Assembly (NCBI GenBank): GCA_038087875.1 | Contig: CM075990.1 | Location: 7,504,001 to 7,568,000, forward strand | Source of the DNA: Malacoraja senta | Taxonomy: Eukaryota | Direction of reading: 5' to 3' | DNA: 64,000 bases | In this document: positions 1-10,999 of the stretch, piece by piece | How positions within the stretch are numbered: the first letter of the stretch is position 1 | How the letters are laid out: each line of letters starts with the position of its first letter | Notes under the pieces: generated by a model | Seen by the model: the letters and a program-made list of their open reading frames with translations, nothing else | Told to the model about the DNA's origin: nothing | Databases searched by the model: none | Position numbers and translations under genes: made by a program

Positions 1-710
1 TCAACATGCCTTTTGTTGACTGGTTAAGAGAATGGGGTTAAGAGGGAAAGATAGATCGGCCATGATTTGAATGGTAGAGTGGACTAGATGGGCCGAATGG
101 CCTAATTCTGCTCCTGTCACTTATGAACATGTGAACTTTTGACAGGATGCCACTCTGATGGAGAATCTTTAATGGGCAGAAAAACCGAGTGCAGAGAGAA
201 AGATAAATAAGATTGAGAGATTGTCTTGCTGAAGCACATGAATTAATTTCGAGCTTGACAAGGTGAATGCAGGGATGATATTACCCCTGGCTGCTCTGGA
301 ATTAAGGAACACCACAAGGGGCTTGCAGTTGAGCTGAGGTGAAATTTCTTCACCCACAGGGTAATGAATCTTTCGAATTCTTTACACAAGAGGGCGTGGA
401 ACTTCCGTCCCTGTATTGAAGACACGTTGTAGCGGCCTGGACGAGGTCAGAAAAATGCAGACGCCAGGCGGGTTCAATCAGTAGACTTTTAATCCCAACA
501 GGCGAGTACACCACACACACACCTCGAGAGCACGAAATCCAGGGTCGTCTGGGAAACCCCGTGGCAGACCAGTGCCCCTGTCCCTCACTCGGCAAGGGGG
601 ATGATCTAAGGAGTGGCCTACCCCCAGGGACCGCCACAACATGTTTGATAGGTTTCTGGACATTAAGGGAATCGAGAGATATGGATTAGTGTTGGAAATA
701 TAATGCACTT
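1..710 (+). mobile_element. CR1 (HER1-like) LINE 3' fragments
   Basis: CR1 3' tail motif GGGCCGAATGGCCTAATTCTGCTCCT at ~90-115; degenerate C-terminal ORF2 sequence 170-410 resuming after the LTR. Confidence 0.7.
428..638 (-). mobile_element. Solo LTR (Gypsy-like), inserted in an old CR1 fragment
   Basis: TG...CA termini with imperfect inverted ends TGTAGCGGCC / GGACCGCCACA; flanks ACGT/ACAT (4-bp TSD with CpG decay; ACACGT/ACATGT if 6 bp); ATTAAA on the minus strand at 488-493. Confidence 0.7.
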
Positions 711-1044
711 GGATCTTCGTCAGGTCAATGATAGGGACAATTAGGACCAACAAGCAAACAAATAATCTCAGCCTCACTACCTGAAAATGACCCATGAATT
801 CCCACTATGCTGTGTTGGTCAGTTCACAATCCTCAGTCCACAACAATCCATTGCCCTGGTTCCATCTCTACTCATTTTGTGTGGCATCTTGTCAAAGGTT
901 GTCTAATTTGCCCATATACATCTACCAGTTACAACCAAGAAAAACTCTGAACAGATTTGTCAAATGTCATTTTCCCTGTACAAATCCCACCAGTACTTCC
1001 TGCGGAATCTATGGACTTCTGTAAGATGATAACCATTCTCTCCA

Positions 1045-1209
1045 TGTTTAAGAAGGAACTGCAGATGCTGGAAAATCGAAGGTAGACAAAAATGCTGGAG
1101 AAACTCAGCGGGTGAGGCGGCATCTATGGAGCGAAGGATTTAGGCGTTGCCTATTTCCTTCGCTCGTCGATGCTGCCTCAGCCGCTGAGTTTCGCCAGCA
1201 TTTTTGTCT
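1045..1209. mobile_element. Fold-back PLE terminal-repeat dimer (subtype A), ribozyme core deleted
   Basis: Two inverted copies of the AAGGAACTGCAGATGCTGG...CTCAGCGGG...GCATCT unit; 13-bp TSD ACCATTCTCTCCA at 1032-1044 and 1210-1222. Confidence 0.8.
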
Positions 1210-1527
1210 ACCATTCTCTCCACGTCACTACTTTCAAAATCTAGGATGCATTTTATCAGACCCTGACATTGTTGATAGTTTCATAAATTTGTCCAGTGCT
1301 ATTTTTTCCGAATACTGATTTTTTTTTCTTTTCCACTTTCACTATTGGCCCATTATTCTCAATCATTTCCAACAGATATTTTGTCTTATTTCACAAAGGC
1401 ACAAAATATCTACTTAATTTCTCGTCATATTCCACAATTGCTTTCTTCTTCTCCTCCGTCCAATGTGGCCTAAATTGACCTGCTATTATTTTGTTTTTGC
1501 CAATTCAAGGATGTCCGACAACTTGCT

Positions 1528-1733
1528 TGGGAAGGAACTGCAGATGCTGGATTGAACCGAAGAGAGACACAAATGCTGGAGTAACTCAGCGGGACAGGCA
1601 GCATCTCTGGAGAGAAGGAACGGGTGACGTTTCGGGTCTGAAGAAGGGTCTCGACCCGAACATCACCCATTCCTTCTCTCCAGAGATGCTGCCTGTCCCG
1701 CTGAGTTACTCCAGCATTTTGTGTCTATCTTCT
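1528..1733. mobile_element. Fold-back PLE terminal-repeat dimer (subtype B)
   Basis: Inverted arms; central CTGAAGAAGGGTCTCGACCCGAACATC. Confidence 0.8.
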
Positions 1734-2559
1734 GTTTGTTTGTTGGTTTCTATGTTCCTCTCTAGATTAACGTCATACACTACTCGCCCTTCCCCAGTCA
1801 ATGCTCTGGTCCTTATTCGCTCAGTCCTGATACCTTTCTCATCCTCAAGTTTGATGTTTATTCTGACAGCTTTATAATCCTTCTCCATTGATCTAATACT
1901 GTCTAAGTTCTCTTGTTACATCGCACCACTACCTTGCCTGTTGAGTTTTCATGACTTAAAGGGACATACAACTGCTATAACCCAAATATCTTTTATATGT
2001 CAGTCATTAGTTGTTCACTGGTCATACTTTGTAATACAGTTTTCCAATGTACCGTAGCCAACTGCAGGCTTCATGGTTCTGTGGATGTCGTTATTTATAT
2101 TTAAGACCACGGCTTTAGGTTGAACTAATTAACGTTCAATCTTGACATGAAATTCTAGTCATACCCTGCTCACTCTTCATTAATGGCCCTGAAACTGTCA
2201 TACTGTTAATTAACCCTTCACATGGTCACAACACCAGAGCTAAAATAGCCAGATCCTTCAGTGGAAAAATAAGAAATGCTGGAATCTTGAGCAGAAAAAC
2301 CAAATTGCTGGAGCAACTCAACAGCATCTATGGAAGGAAATTGGCAAGATAATGTATCTGGTTGGGCCCTAATTCAGACCGGAATGAGATCCCACACTGA
2401 TTCAACAGCATATTGATCTAGAACACCAGCTCTGTATACAATATATTTGTACTCCATAATATTGGTGGTAATTGGTAATTTGGTTTGCTTCATTTATATG
2501 CAGCCATAGATTATACAGAATCATGGTACAGAAATCGGCCCTTTGGCACAGCTTGTCCA

Positions 2560-2990
2560 CGCTGACTTTAAGATGAGTGGAGAAAGATTGAATAGGATGA
2601 GTGGAGAAAGATTGAATAGGAACATGATGGGCAAGTTGTGTATAGAAAGGTTGGTAGGTATGTGGAACGAGCTGCCAGAGGAGGTAGATAAGGCAGGTAC
2701 CATCACAATGTTTAAGAAACATTTAAACAAGTTATAGACACAAAATGCTGGAGCAACTCAGCGGGACAGGCAGCATCTCTGGAGAGAAGGAATGGGTGAC
2801 GTTTCGGGTCGAGACCCTTCTTCAGGCTGAGAGCGGGAGGGATTAAGATTTAAACAGGTTCATGGATAGGGTAGGTTAAGAGGTATATGGACCAAACTGA
2901 AGCAGGTGAGACTAATGTAGATGGGGCATGTTGGTCGGCATGGGCAAGATGAGCCGAAGGGCCTGTTTCCACGTTGTATGATTCTATGAA
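2560..2990 (+). mobile_element. CR1 3' fragment with a 24-bp tandem duplication at its 5' junction and a nested PLE repeat (2735-2826)
   Basis: WNELPEEV motif; GATGAGTGGAGAAAGATTGAATAG x2 at 2572-2619; tail GAGCCGAAGGGCCTGTTTCC. Confidence 0.75.
2798..2825 (-). ncRNA. Minimal hammerhead ribozyme core (PLE-associated)
   Basis: Reverse complement CTGAAGA-AGGGTCTCGACCC-GAAACGTC: CUGANGA box, stem II GGGU/ACCC, GAAA box, palindromic ACGU, GUC triplet. Confidence 0.7.
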
Positions 2991-3585
2991 TGTGATGCCT
3001 ATATATGCTAGTCACATTGGACCAATATTTCTCCACTCCTTTCCCAGCATCTGTCCAAATGCCTTTTAAAAGCTGCGATGCGTTACTTGTGTATAGCTTG
3101 ATGGGACTCCTGTATTGTATGGTTTCATTTGACTGGATAGCACACAAACAAACGTTTTTCACTGTACCTCGGTACACGTGACAATAATAAACCAATATCA
3201 ATTCCAATACCAATTATATTTACCACTTCTTCTGGCAACTTATTCCTTATAACTACTGCCCTCTGTGGGAATAACATGCCCCATAGATCTCCTTGAAATC
3301 TCTCCACCCGCACCTTATACCAATGTTTTAGACCATCGCTCTCTTGGAAAAGGCTCAGACTATCCACCATGTCTATGCCCCTTATAGTTTAACAAACACA
3401 TATCAACTCACCTCTCAGCATCACAGATCCATAAACCCAGCCTATCCGATCTCTTCTTATCAGTCTACCTCCCCATTCCAGGCGACATCCTGGCAGAACT
3501 CTCCTGCACCCTTTCTATTGTTATCGCATTTATCCTGCAGTGTAGAGACCAAACGTGTCCCCAATAATCCACACACAGCCTAACC

Positions 3586-3659
<74 letters not shown>

Positions 3660-3660
3660 G
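3586..3660. repeat. (GATA)n microsatellite, expanded CR1 tail
   Basis: About 18 GATA units directly abutting a minus-strand CR1 3' end. Confidence 0.95.
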
Positions 3661-4205
3661 AGAAAATAGGTGCAGGAGGAGGCCATTTGGCCCTTCGAGC
3701 CAGCACCGCCATTCATTGCGATCATGGCTAATCGTCCCCAATCAGTAACCCGTGCCTGCCTTCTCCCCATATCCCTTGATTCCACTAGCCCCTAGAGCTC
3801 TGTCTAACTCTCTCTTAAATCCATCCAGTGACTTGGCCTCCACTGCCCTCTGTGGCAGGGAATTCCACAAATTCACAACTCTCTGGGTGAATTTTTTTTT
3901 TCTCACCTCAGTCCTAAATTGCCTCCCCTTTATTCTAAGACTGTGGCCCCTGGTTCTGGACTCGCCCAACATTGGGAACATTTTTCCTGCATCTAGCTTG
4001 TCCAGTCCTTTTATAATTGTATATGTTTCTATAAGATACCCCCTCATCCTTCTAAACTCCAGTGAATACAAGTCTAATCTTTTTAATCTTTCCTCATATG
4101 ACAGTCCCGCCATCCCAGGGATCAATCTCGTGAACCTACGCTGCACTGCCTCAATCAAAAGGATGTCATTCCTCAAATTAGGAGACCAAAACTGTACACA
4201 ATACT
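3661..4205 (-). mobile_element. Young 5'-truncated CR1 (HER1-like) LINE
   Basis: ORF 3742-4176 LEAVQRRFTRLIPG...YEERLKRLDLYSLEFRR...RTRGHSL...RVVNLWNSLP is the CR1 ORF2 C-terminus; splits an older CR1 (3215-3585 / 4205-4350). Confidence 0.95.
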
Positions 4206-4361
4206 ATGTTTAATAGAGCTGCAACATGACATCCCGACTGTTGTATTCAGCGATTTGGCCAATTAAGGCAACAAGCTATTTATTCTATCCATCAGTGTGA
4301 TGATCTTGAACTACAGTATCTATTAACTTGCACCAGAAGGTCCCTCTGCACATCAAGAATT

Positions 4362-4720
4362 TGGGGTGGCACGGTAGCGTAGTGGTAGAGCTCCTGCCTT
4401 ACAGCACCAGAGACCCTGGTTCGATCCTGACTACGAATGCTTGACTATAGAGAATTTGTATGTTCTCCGCGTGACCTGTGTGGGTTTTCTCCGAGATCTT
4501 TGGTTTCCTCCTTTCAATGGGTCATCCAAATACTATTCAATCATTATGAAAGTACCTGCACACAGGTACCTCTACCATCTTCCAGGGCATACAGGTTTGT
4601 AGGTTAATTGGCTTGTTAACAATGTAAAATTCTTCCTAGTTAATGTGGGGCGATCGCTGATCGATGCGGACTCGGTGGTTTCCTCGCTGTATCTCTAAAC
4701 TAAACCAAACTAAACTAAAC
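4362..4720 (+). mobile_element. HE1-like tRNA-derived V-SINE
   Basis: A box (GTAGCGTAGTGG), B box (GGTTCGATCC), V-domain, (AAACT)n tail; foreign ~70-bp insert at 4512-4581. Confidence 0.9.
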
Positions 4721-5059
4721 TGATCAATACCCCTGAGATCCCTGACATTTATTGCATATGTTCTATTATTGTTCAGTCCTCACACTTATCTGGAGTGAAG
4801 TCCATCTGCTATCCCTCTACTCAACTTTCCAACTGATCTATGTCTACTGTATCTTCAGACGACCTTCTTTGCTGTCTCCAATCTTTGTCTCATCAGCAAA
4901 CTTATTTATCATTCTCATCCAAGTCATCTACATATATAAAGACAAATGACGATGGTCCCCAGCACCGATCCATGAGGTACGGCACTGATTACAGATTCCA
5001 TTCAGGAAAATATTACCTCTCTCTCCTTTCGCCAGAATAAAATCCCACTTGATTATTGT

Positions 5060-5345
5060 CAGCGGGTAAGGCAGCATCTATGGAGAAAAGAAGTAGGCAA
5101 CATTTCGGGTCGAGACACTTCTTCAGATTGATGTCGGGGGGGGGGGAAAGAAGGAAGAGGTGGAGACAGTAGGCTATGTGGTAGAGCTGGGAAGGGGGAG
5201 GGGAAATAAGTAAGTAAGTAAGTTTATTGGCCAAGTATTCACATACAAGGAATTTGCCTTGGTGCTCCGCCCACAAGTAGCAACATGACATACAGTGACA
5301 GTTACGAATGACTCAGAAAACACTGAAGGAGGGAGAAAGTTACTG
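5060..5345 (-). mobile_element. PLE 3' end with nested Rex1/Babar-type tail (5208-5323)
   Basis: PLE repeat plus G-rich 3'UTR; nested (GTAA)n-tailed segment nearly identical to 51444-51568. Confidence 0.7.
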
Positions 5346-6589
5346 TACTTCTTTGTTTCTTACGCTGAAAGGATGGTTGGAATCTGGAACGCACTGCCCG
5401 AGAAGATGAGGGAGGGGGGGCAGGCACTCTCACAATGTTTAAATAGTATTTGGATGAGCCATTGAATTGTGTCGATGGAGAAAGCTATGGACCAAATCAG
5501 AGTAGATGTGTCCAATGATCAGTTTGGACATGGTGGGCCAAAGAGCCTATTGATGTGCTGTAAGACTCTATGACTAAATGACCTTTAAGCATTTGTCTTG
5601 TACAGTGCCTGTATTACTGCTACTGACTGGGGGACCTGTATAAACCCACTCACCATTTTCCGCCCCTTGTTATTTCGCCCAAATTGATTTTAATTAAAGA
5701 CAGAAAACGTGATGACGCGTGGAGGTCAGGCAGTGAGAGAGGAGCAGAATTAATGCTTCGAGTTGGGGATCCAACATCTGCAGTTTTTGTTGAATCCTCA
5801 TTCACCGCGGAGTCCAATTGTTATTTTTCTGCCCATTCTACCTGGGCATTTACACCATGCTCGTTATCCAGCCTCCTCCATCTCAAACTGAAGGAGCTTG
5901 GAATATTTAACTCCAGTCCTTTGCTGCTTTGTAAACAAGTACAGTGATGGCTATTAGATCAAACCCATTTGTTTTGATTTGTGCCATTAATCTATCTTGT
6001 TAAGAAGGCTGTGTGACATCAGTTAAAGCGGGACTCCTGGCTTTTCACCACTTTCCTATTCAGACTATTACTATCGCAGGTGTCTAGTTGTGTTGGTATG
6101 TTCTGCTCCTTCATGACAGCTTCTGCTAATCCATGTTATTGTCTGCCCTGCCCTTTCTCTTTAACTTTCTAGATTTCCTCCGCTTGAAGCCAGCACCCAC
6201 CCCGCATCTTCTTACCCTTAAGCTGTTTAGATTGAAGCCTTTAATTTGTGCCCTGCTGAGATGTACATGGCCAATTATCCACATTCTCTGGGAGATGCCA
6301 ACATAGCCTTGAAGTCACTTGGCTGGAGGTTGTGGAGGTTGGCCGTGCTCATTGCCTTTCCTGTTACCAGTCCGCTTGGCTGTTTCTTGATATCTGATGT
6401 GTGTAAATCAAATTGTCTGTAGCCCGTGACCGTGGAGATTGATGGTACAGGAATGAGTGGACATTCCTACCTGTGCCATGTTCCATGTTGTCACATTGGA
6501 TGGGTGGAGTGGGAGGGACGGAAGGGGGAGGGAGCAGGGAGCGGACTGAGCAGGAAAGGTGGGGACATGATGGAGGGTCGTTGCTGGGT

Positions 6590-6863
6590 GAGTGAGAGAG
6601 AGAGGAGGAAGGAGAGGGGAGGGGTGGGAGAGAGAGGAGAGAGAGGATGGGAGAGAGAGAGAGAAAAGAGAGAGACGAGGGGAGAGAGAGAGAGAGGCAA
6701 GGGGAGAGAGTGAGACGAGGGGGGGCGAGAGAGGAGAGAGAGAGACGAAGGGAGAGCAAGACGAAGAGAGAGAGAGAGGAGGGGGAGAGAGAGAGAGGAG
6801 GGGAGAGAGAGAGAGGAGGGGGAGAGAGAGGAGGGGAGAGAGAGAGAGGAGGGGAGAGAGAGA
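6590..6863. repeat. GA-rich low-complexity / (GA)n tract
   Basis: Purine-only imperfect repeats running into the gap. Confidence 0.95.
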
Positions 6864-7063
6864 NNNNNNNNNNNNNNNNNNNNNNNNNNNNNNNNNNNNN
6901 NNNNNNNNNNNNNNNNNNNNNNNNNNNNNNNNNNNNNNNNNNNNNNNNNNNNNNNNNNNNNNNNNNNNNNNNNNNNNNNNNNNNNNNNNNNNNNNNNNNN
7001 NNNNNNNNNNNNNNNNNNNNNNNNNNNNNNNNNNNNNNNNNNNNNNNNNNNNNNNNNNNNNNN
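6864..7063. other. Assembly gap (200 N)
   Basis: Run of N. Confidence 1.
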
Positions 7064-7171
7064 GTCACGGGGAGAACGTACAAACTCCACACAGACAGCA
7101 CCCATAGTCAGGATCGAACCCGGGTCACTGGCGCTGTAAGGCAGCAACTCTACCGCTGTGCCACCGTGCTG
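7064..7171 (-). mobile_element. HE1-like SINE 5' part (rest lost in the gap)
   Basis: Minus-strand tRNA-like head GCACGGTGGCACAGCGGTAGAGTTGCTGCC...GGTTCGATCC. Confidence 0.9.
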
Positions 7172-7389
7172 CACCAAATCATTCGCAGTTCCCACGTTTC
7201 TGCACCGTGATTCCGAGTCTTGCTTCTCTCAGTCCGGGGAAGGTTACGTTGGTCACTTTCAAAGTGGGAGGGAGTCAAGTCAGGTCTGAGGACACCTGGA
7301 CATTGAAGGGTGAGAGAGAGGTGTATGTGTGGTGTGGAGGTGGGTCCGTGGGCAGGAGGTGATAGGTGAAGTAACTGCAGCAAAGCTGG

Positions 7390-7780
7390 AGTCCCAATCT
7401 AATATAATAAAGATCCCGATTAATTGAGTTCCAACGTGATAGTCATCGATCTGTAGAGTAACAGGTATCCAGAGCTATTGAAACTGAGAATAATGAGAAT
7501 CCAATGGAGATGCTTAGTGTTAGAGATCTCGAGAAAGAGAAATCCAGGGTAATATGGACAATCTAGATACATCAAGATCCATAGAAGGAGATCCAGACTA
7601 ATGAAGATCCTGGATAATGGATAGCTAGAAAAATGATGATCCAGAGGAACAAAGAACCATATTCATGTAAACACAGAGTGATACTGATCCATGAAAGATG
7701 ATCGAGACGAAATAGGCTCCAGTCATAGATTTCCCGAGTAATTGGATCCAAGATAATAGGAATCCAATATGATCTAAAAT
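7390..7780. repeat. Highly decayed ~16-bp minisatellite
   Basis: GATCC recurs with ~16-nt period, e.g. GATCCAGACTAATGAA GATCCTGGATAATGGA TAGCTAGAAAAATGAT GATCCAGAGGAACAAA. Confidence 0.65.
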
Positions 7781-7794
7781 TTAAATGTAGGACA

Positions 7795-8226
7795 TTTTGG
7801 CCGGTAAAGTTGCTGCCTTACAACACCAGAGATTGACGGTTTTGATCCTGACTACCGGTGCTGTCAGTACAGAGTTTGTACATTCTCCCTGTGATCCAGT
7901 CGGTTTTCTCTGTGCTCCAGTTTCCTCCCACATTCCAAAAACATGTGCAAATTTGTAGGTAAATTAACTTCCGTAACTTGTCTCTCGTGTGTACGATAGA
8001 ACTAGTGTACAGGTGATGTGTAAGAAGGAACTGCAGATGCTGGTTTAAACTGAAGATACTGTAGATGCAACAAGCTGGAGTAACTCAGCGAGACAGGCAG
8101 CATCTCTGGAGAGAAGGAATGGGTAACGCTTCGGGTCGAGACCCTTCTTCAGCCGTGATCACTGGTTGGCATGGACTTAGTGGGCCGAAGGGCCTGTTTT
8201 CACACTGTATTCCTAAACTAAACTAA
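7795..8226 (+). mobile_element. HE1-like SINE with nested PLE repeat (8018-8152)
   Basis: SINE head, V-domain and tail; PLE unit flanked by GTGAT duplication. Confidence 0.85.
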
Positions 8227-8336
8227 AAAAAAAGCGATCCAACCGCGATAACACAAATAGAAGCAAGTAGCAATGATGAAGGAACCATGATATGGTGAAC
8301 AGTAGTTGCACAGTGACTAAAAGGTGTTTGACATTT

Positions 8337-9106
8337 AGAATCAGAATCAGAATCAGATTTTTTTCGCCAAGTATGTTTTGCAACATACGAGGAATTTCAC
8401 TGGCCAGGTCAGTCATACAATTAAAAGCAACAGATCACTCAAAAACACATTTTAACATGAACGTCCACCACAGTGACTCCTCCACATTCCTCACTGTGAT
8501 GGAAGGCGAAATAAAGTTCAAGTCCTTCCTTTTGTTCTTCCTCGGTCGGGGGCCATGAGCACTCCGTTGACGGGACGGTCTTGACTCCCGTAGCCGGCGG
8601 CGTTCAGGCCCTCCGCGTCGAGGCGTTCAGCTCCTGCATCGGGGGGTTGTCAGCTCCCCCGCACCGGGCAATCGAACCTCGCGTTGGGGCTGGTCGGGGC
8701 TGGTCGAGCCTTCCGCGGCATTGGAGCTCCCGTGTAGCCTCTCCCAAGACTGCGAGCCGTTGATGGTAAGTCCGCAGGCCGCGGTGGGAGCGATCCCAGG
8801 CAAGGGATCCGCTCCGATATTAAGTCCGCGCCCCGCGGTGGGGCTCACGACAGTCCGAGGAGGCCTCCAGCTCCAGCGATGGTAGGCTGCAGAGCGCGGA
8901 GAATGTGATCCGAAAATTGATCACATCCCCAGGAAAGTAGGAACTTGAAATAAAGTTTCCCCCGATCCCCTCCCCCGATCCCCTCCCCCCTCCCCCCACA
9001 TAAAACAAACCGAAATACATTTAAACAAACTTTTAACAAACGCTAAAAATAACAAAAAGATGAAAAACGAACAGACTGCCGGCAGGGCTGCCATCTCCCC
9101 GGCACC
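8337..9106 (-). mobile_element. GC-rich non-tRNA SINE-like element, copy 1
   Basis: Collinear with 24024-24848 and 27785-28802; 3' hairpin 8464-8503; (TGATTC)n tail. Confidence 0.75.
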
Positions 9107-9511
9107 TTGTAGTCAATTTAGGAAGGCTAGATAGAAGGTAAAAGGAGATGGGGTGGATCTGATAATAAACAATAAGATTATAAATTAAGAATAGGGCAAC
9201 ATGATATATAAAATCACGCAGTCTTGGCTGGGAAAATCAAGATGTAGAACCAGTTTGCTTGGAGACAGGAAAGTAACCAGGGGGAAATGCCAGTAACAGG
9301 ACTAGTCCTTCAGTCTCCTATTGAAGTTGCTACAATGTGGAACAGAGGACATCATCAAGAAATAATTGGCATTTGTAAGAAAGATATTGTGGATTTAATT
9401 AACTGAATGGGTAGATCTAATTGATAAAGTTAGCCGTGAGTGAGTGTATTTGAGTGTTTATTAGAACAAAGCATTGGATCAGACGGAATATATGGCAGAG
9501 AATCAGGCTAA

Positions 9512-9813
9512 ATCACCTGTCCCAGAGGTTCTCAAGAATTCTCCCGAGTTTTCCCCTTGATTCAAACTTGGAGAATGTCCGTAGGGAGTCCGTAGGGAGT
9601 CCGTAGATATTTCGTAGTGGCTCGTAATGCCAGCCGTAGGTATTCGGGGCATCGGGTAAGTCAGGACATTTTTTCAGCATGTTGAAAAATGTCCACGAGT
9701 TAAAAGAATGGCCCCGAGTACCTACGGCTGGCTATTACCGTAATTCTCCGAGTTTGAATCAAGGGGAAAACTCGGGAGAATTCGTGGTAACTCGGGAAAG
9801 TGGGGCAGGGGCT
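9512..9813. mobile_element. PIF/Harbinger-type MITE (degenerate TIRs)
   Basis: Homologous to 24988-25294; CCTGTCCCA ... TGGGGCAGGGGC ends; TAA at both flanks. Confidence 0.8.
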
Positions 9814-10239
9814 AATCGGGGTAATCAGTCCTTGAGTTGGAGCTCGGCCTGGGTTGCTTCCTATCTTTCCTCATTACTGTAAGCCTCCATTTACTTCTCC
9901 CTCCGATGCTTTGCCAGATTCCCCTTAATCACATCTGTGTCATTCACCTCAGCCACTCCCTCCTTCTCTTCTGAATTCCTGATTGGATTTCATGCTGCCT
10001 ATCTTAAAGTGATGGCCTCTCATGTTATTCTTTCCCACGAGTGGAAAATTTCCCTCTCTATTCATCAAATTCCTTTATGATTTCAAAGACATCTCCCCTT
10101 TGAGTATTTTCTCCAGATTAATGAGACCCTGCCTGTTTATCCTTTCCCATTTGTGGCATCATCATTGATGACCTTTTCTGCAGCCTCTAGTGCGCCACTA
10201 ATCCCAGTGTCTAGATATCTCCAGGTGTTCACAATAATA

Positions 10240-10560
10240 TGTCTTAAGATCATGTGATAGGAGTAATATTAGGCCATTCGGCCCGTCAAGTCTGCTCCAC
10301 CATTCAATCATGGCTGATCTATCTCTCCCTCCTAACCCCATTCTCCTGCCTTCTCCCCTTAACCCCTGATACCTGTACTAATCAAGAATGTCTATCTCTG
10401 CCTTAAAAATATCCAATGACTTGGCCTCCACGGCCTTCTGTGGCAAATAATTCCTCAGATTCACCACCCTCTGACAAAAGAAATTCCTCCTTTAACTCTG
10501 AGGCTATGGCCTCTAGTCCTAGACTCTCCCTTTAGTGGAAACATCATCTCCACATCCACT
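10240..10560 (-). mobile_element. CR1 3' fragment nested in an older CR1
   Basis: Minus-strand RTRGHSLR and QRVVNL motifs plus CR1 tail. Confidence 0.85.
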
Positions 10561-10747
10561 GAATAACCTACCTGCTTTTCAGTTACATCCCATCAGAAGT
10601 GAGTAGGTACAGTGCTTGCCTTTATAAAGGCCTGAGTAACCTGTGGCACAACCTTTGGTGATTATTGTAGAACTAACCAGGGAACAGCGATTTAAATTTG
10701 GTTGTGTAATCAATTAATGCTTTCATAGCAAAAGATCCTCCGTAGAA

Positions 10748-10975
10748 GATTCGGGTCGAGACCCTTCTTCAGACTGATGTGGGGGTGGGGGGTCTCCGCC
10801 TCTTCCTTTCTTCTTCCCTCCCCCCCCCACCCCCACATCAGTCTGAACTTCTGAAGAAGGGTCTCGACCCGAAACGTCACCTATTCCTTCGCTCCATAGA
10901 TGCTGCCTCACCCGCTGAGTTTCTCCAGCATTTGTTGTCTACCTTCGATTTTTCCAGCATCTGCAGTTCTTTCTC
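10748..10975. mobile_element. PLE terminal repeat with inverted partial copy (subtype A)
   Basis: Inverted repeat TTCGGGTCGAGACCCTTCTTCAGACTGATGTGGGG / CCCCACATCAGTCTGAA...CTGAAGAAGGGTCTCGACCCGAA. Confidence 0.85.
10851..10878 (+). ncRNA. Minimal hammerhead ribozyme core (PLE-associated)
   Basis: CTGAAGAAGGGTCTCGACCCGAAACGTC, all core positions intact. Confidence 0.7.
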
Positions 10976-10999
10976 AAACAAAACTCTGTAGGAGATTTG

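Larger units (their letters stand above)
740..2265 (-). mobile_element. Ancient degraded CR1 ORF2 (endonuclease-to-RT region), interrupted by PLE repeats
   Basis: Minus-strand remnants resembling HGFxxGKSxLTNL and FDKVPH (880-990) and PTRxxAILDLVL (2200-2260); many stops and frameshifts. Confidence 0.55.

Noticed and set aside
6364..7210. Long ORFs (171-245 aa)
   Set aside because: Translate GA low-complexity sequence and 200 Ns; artefacts
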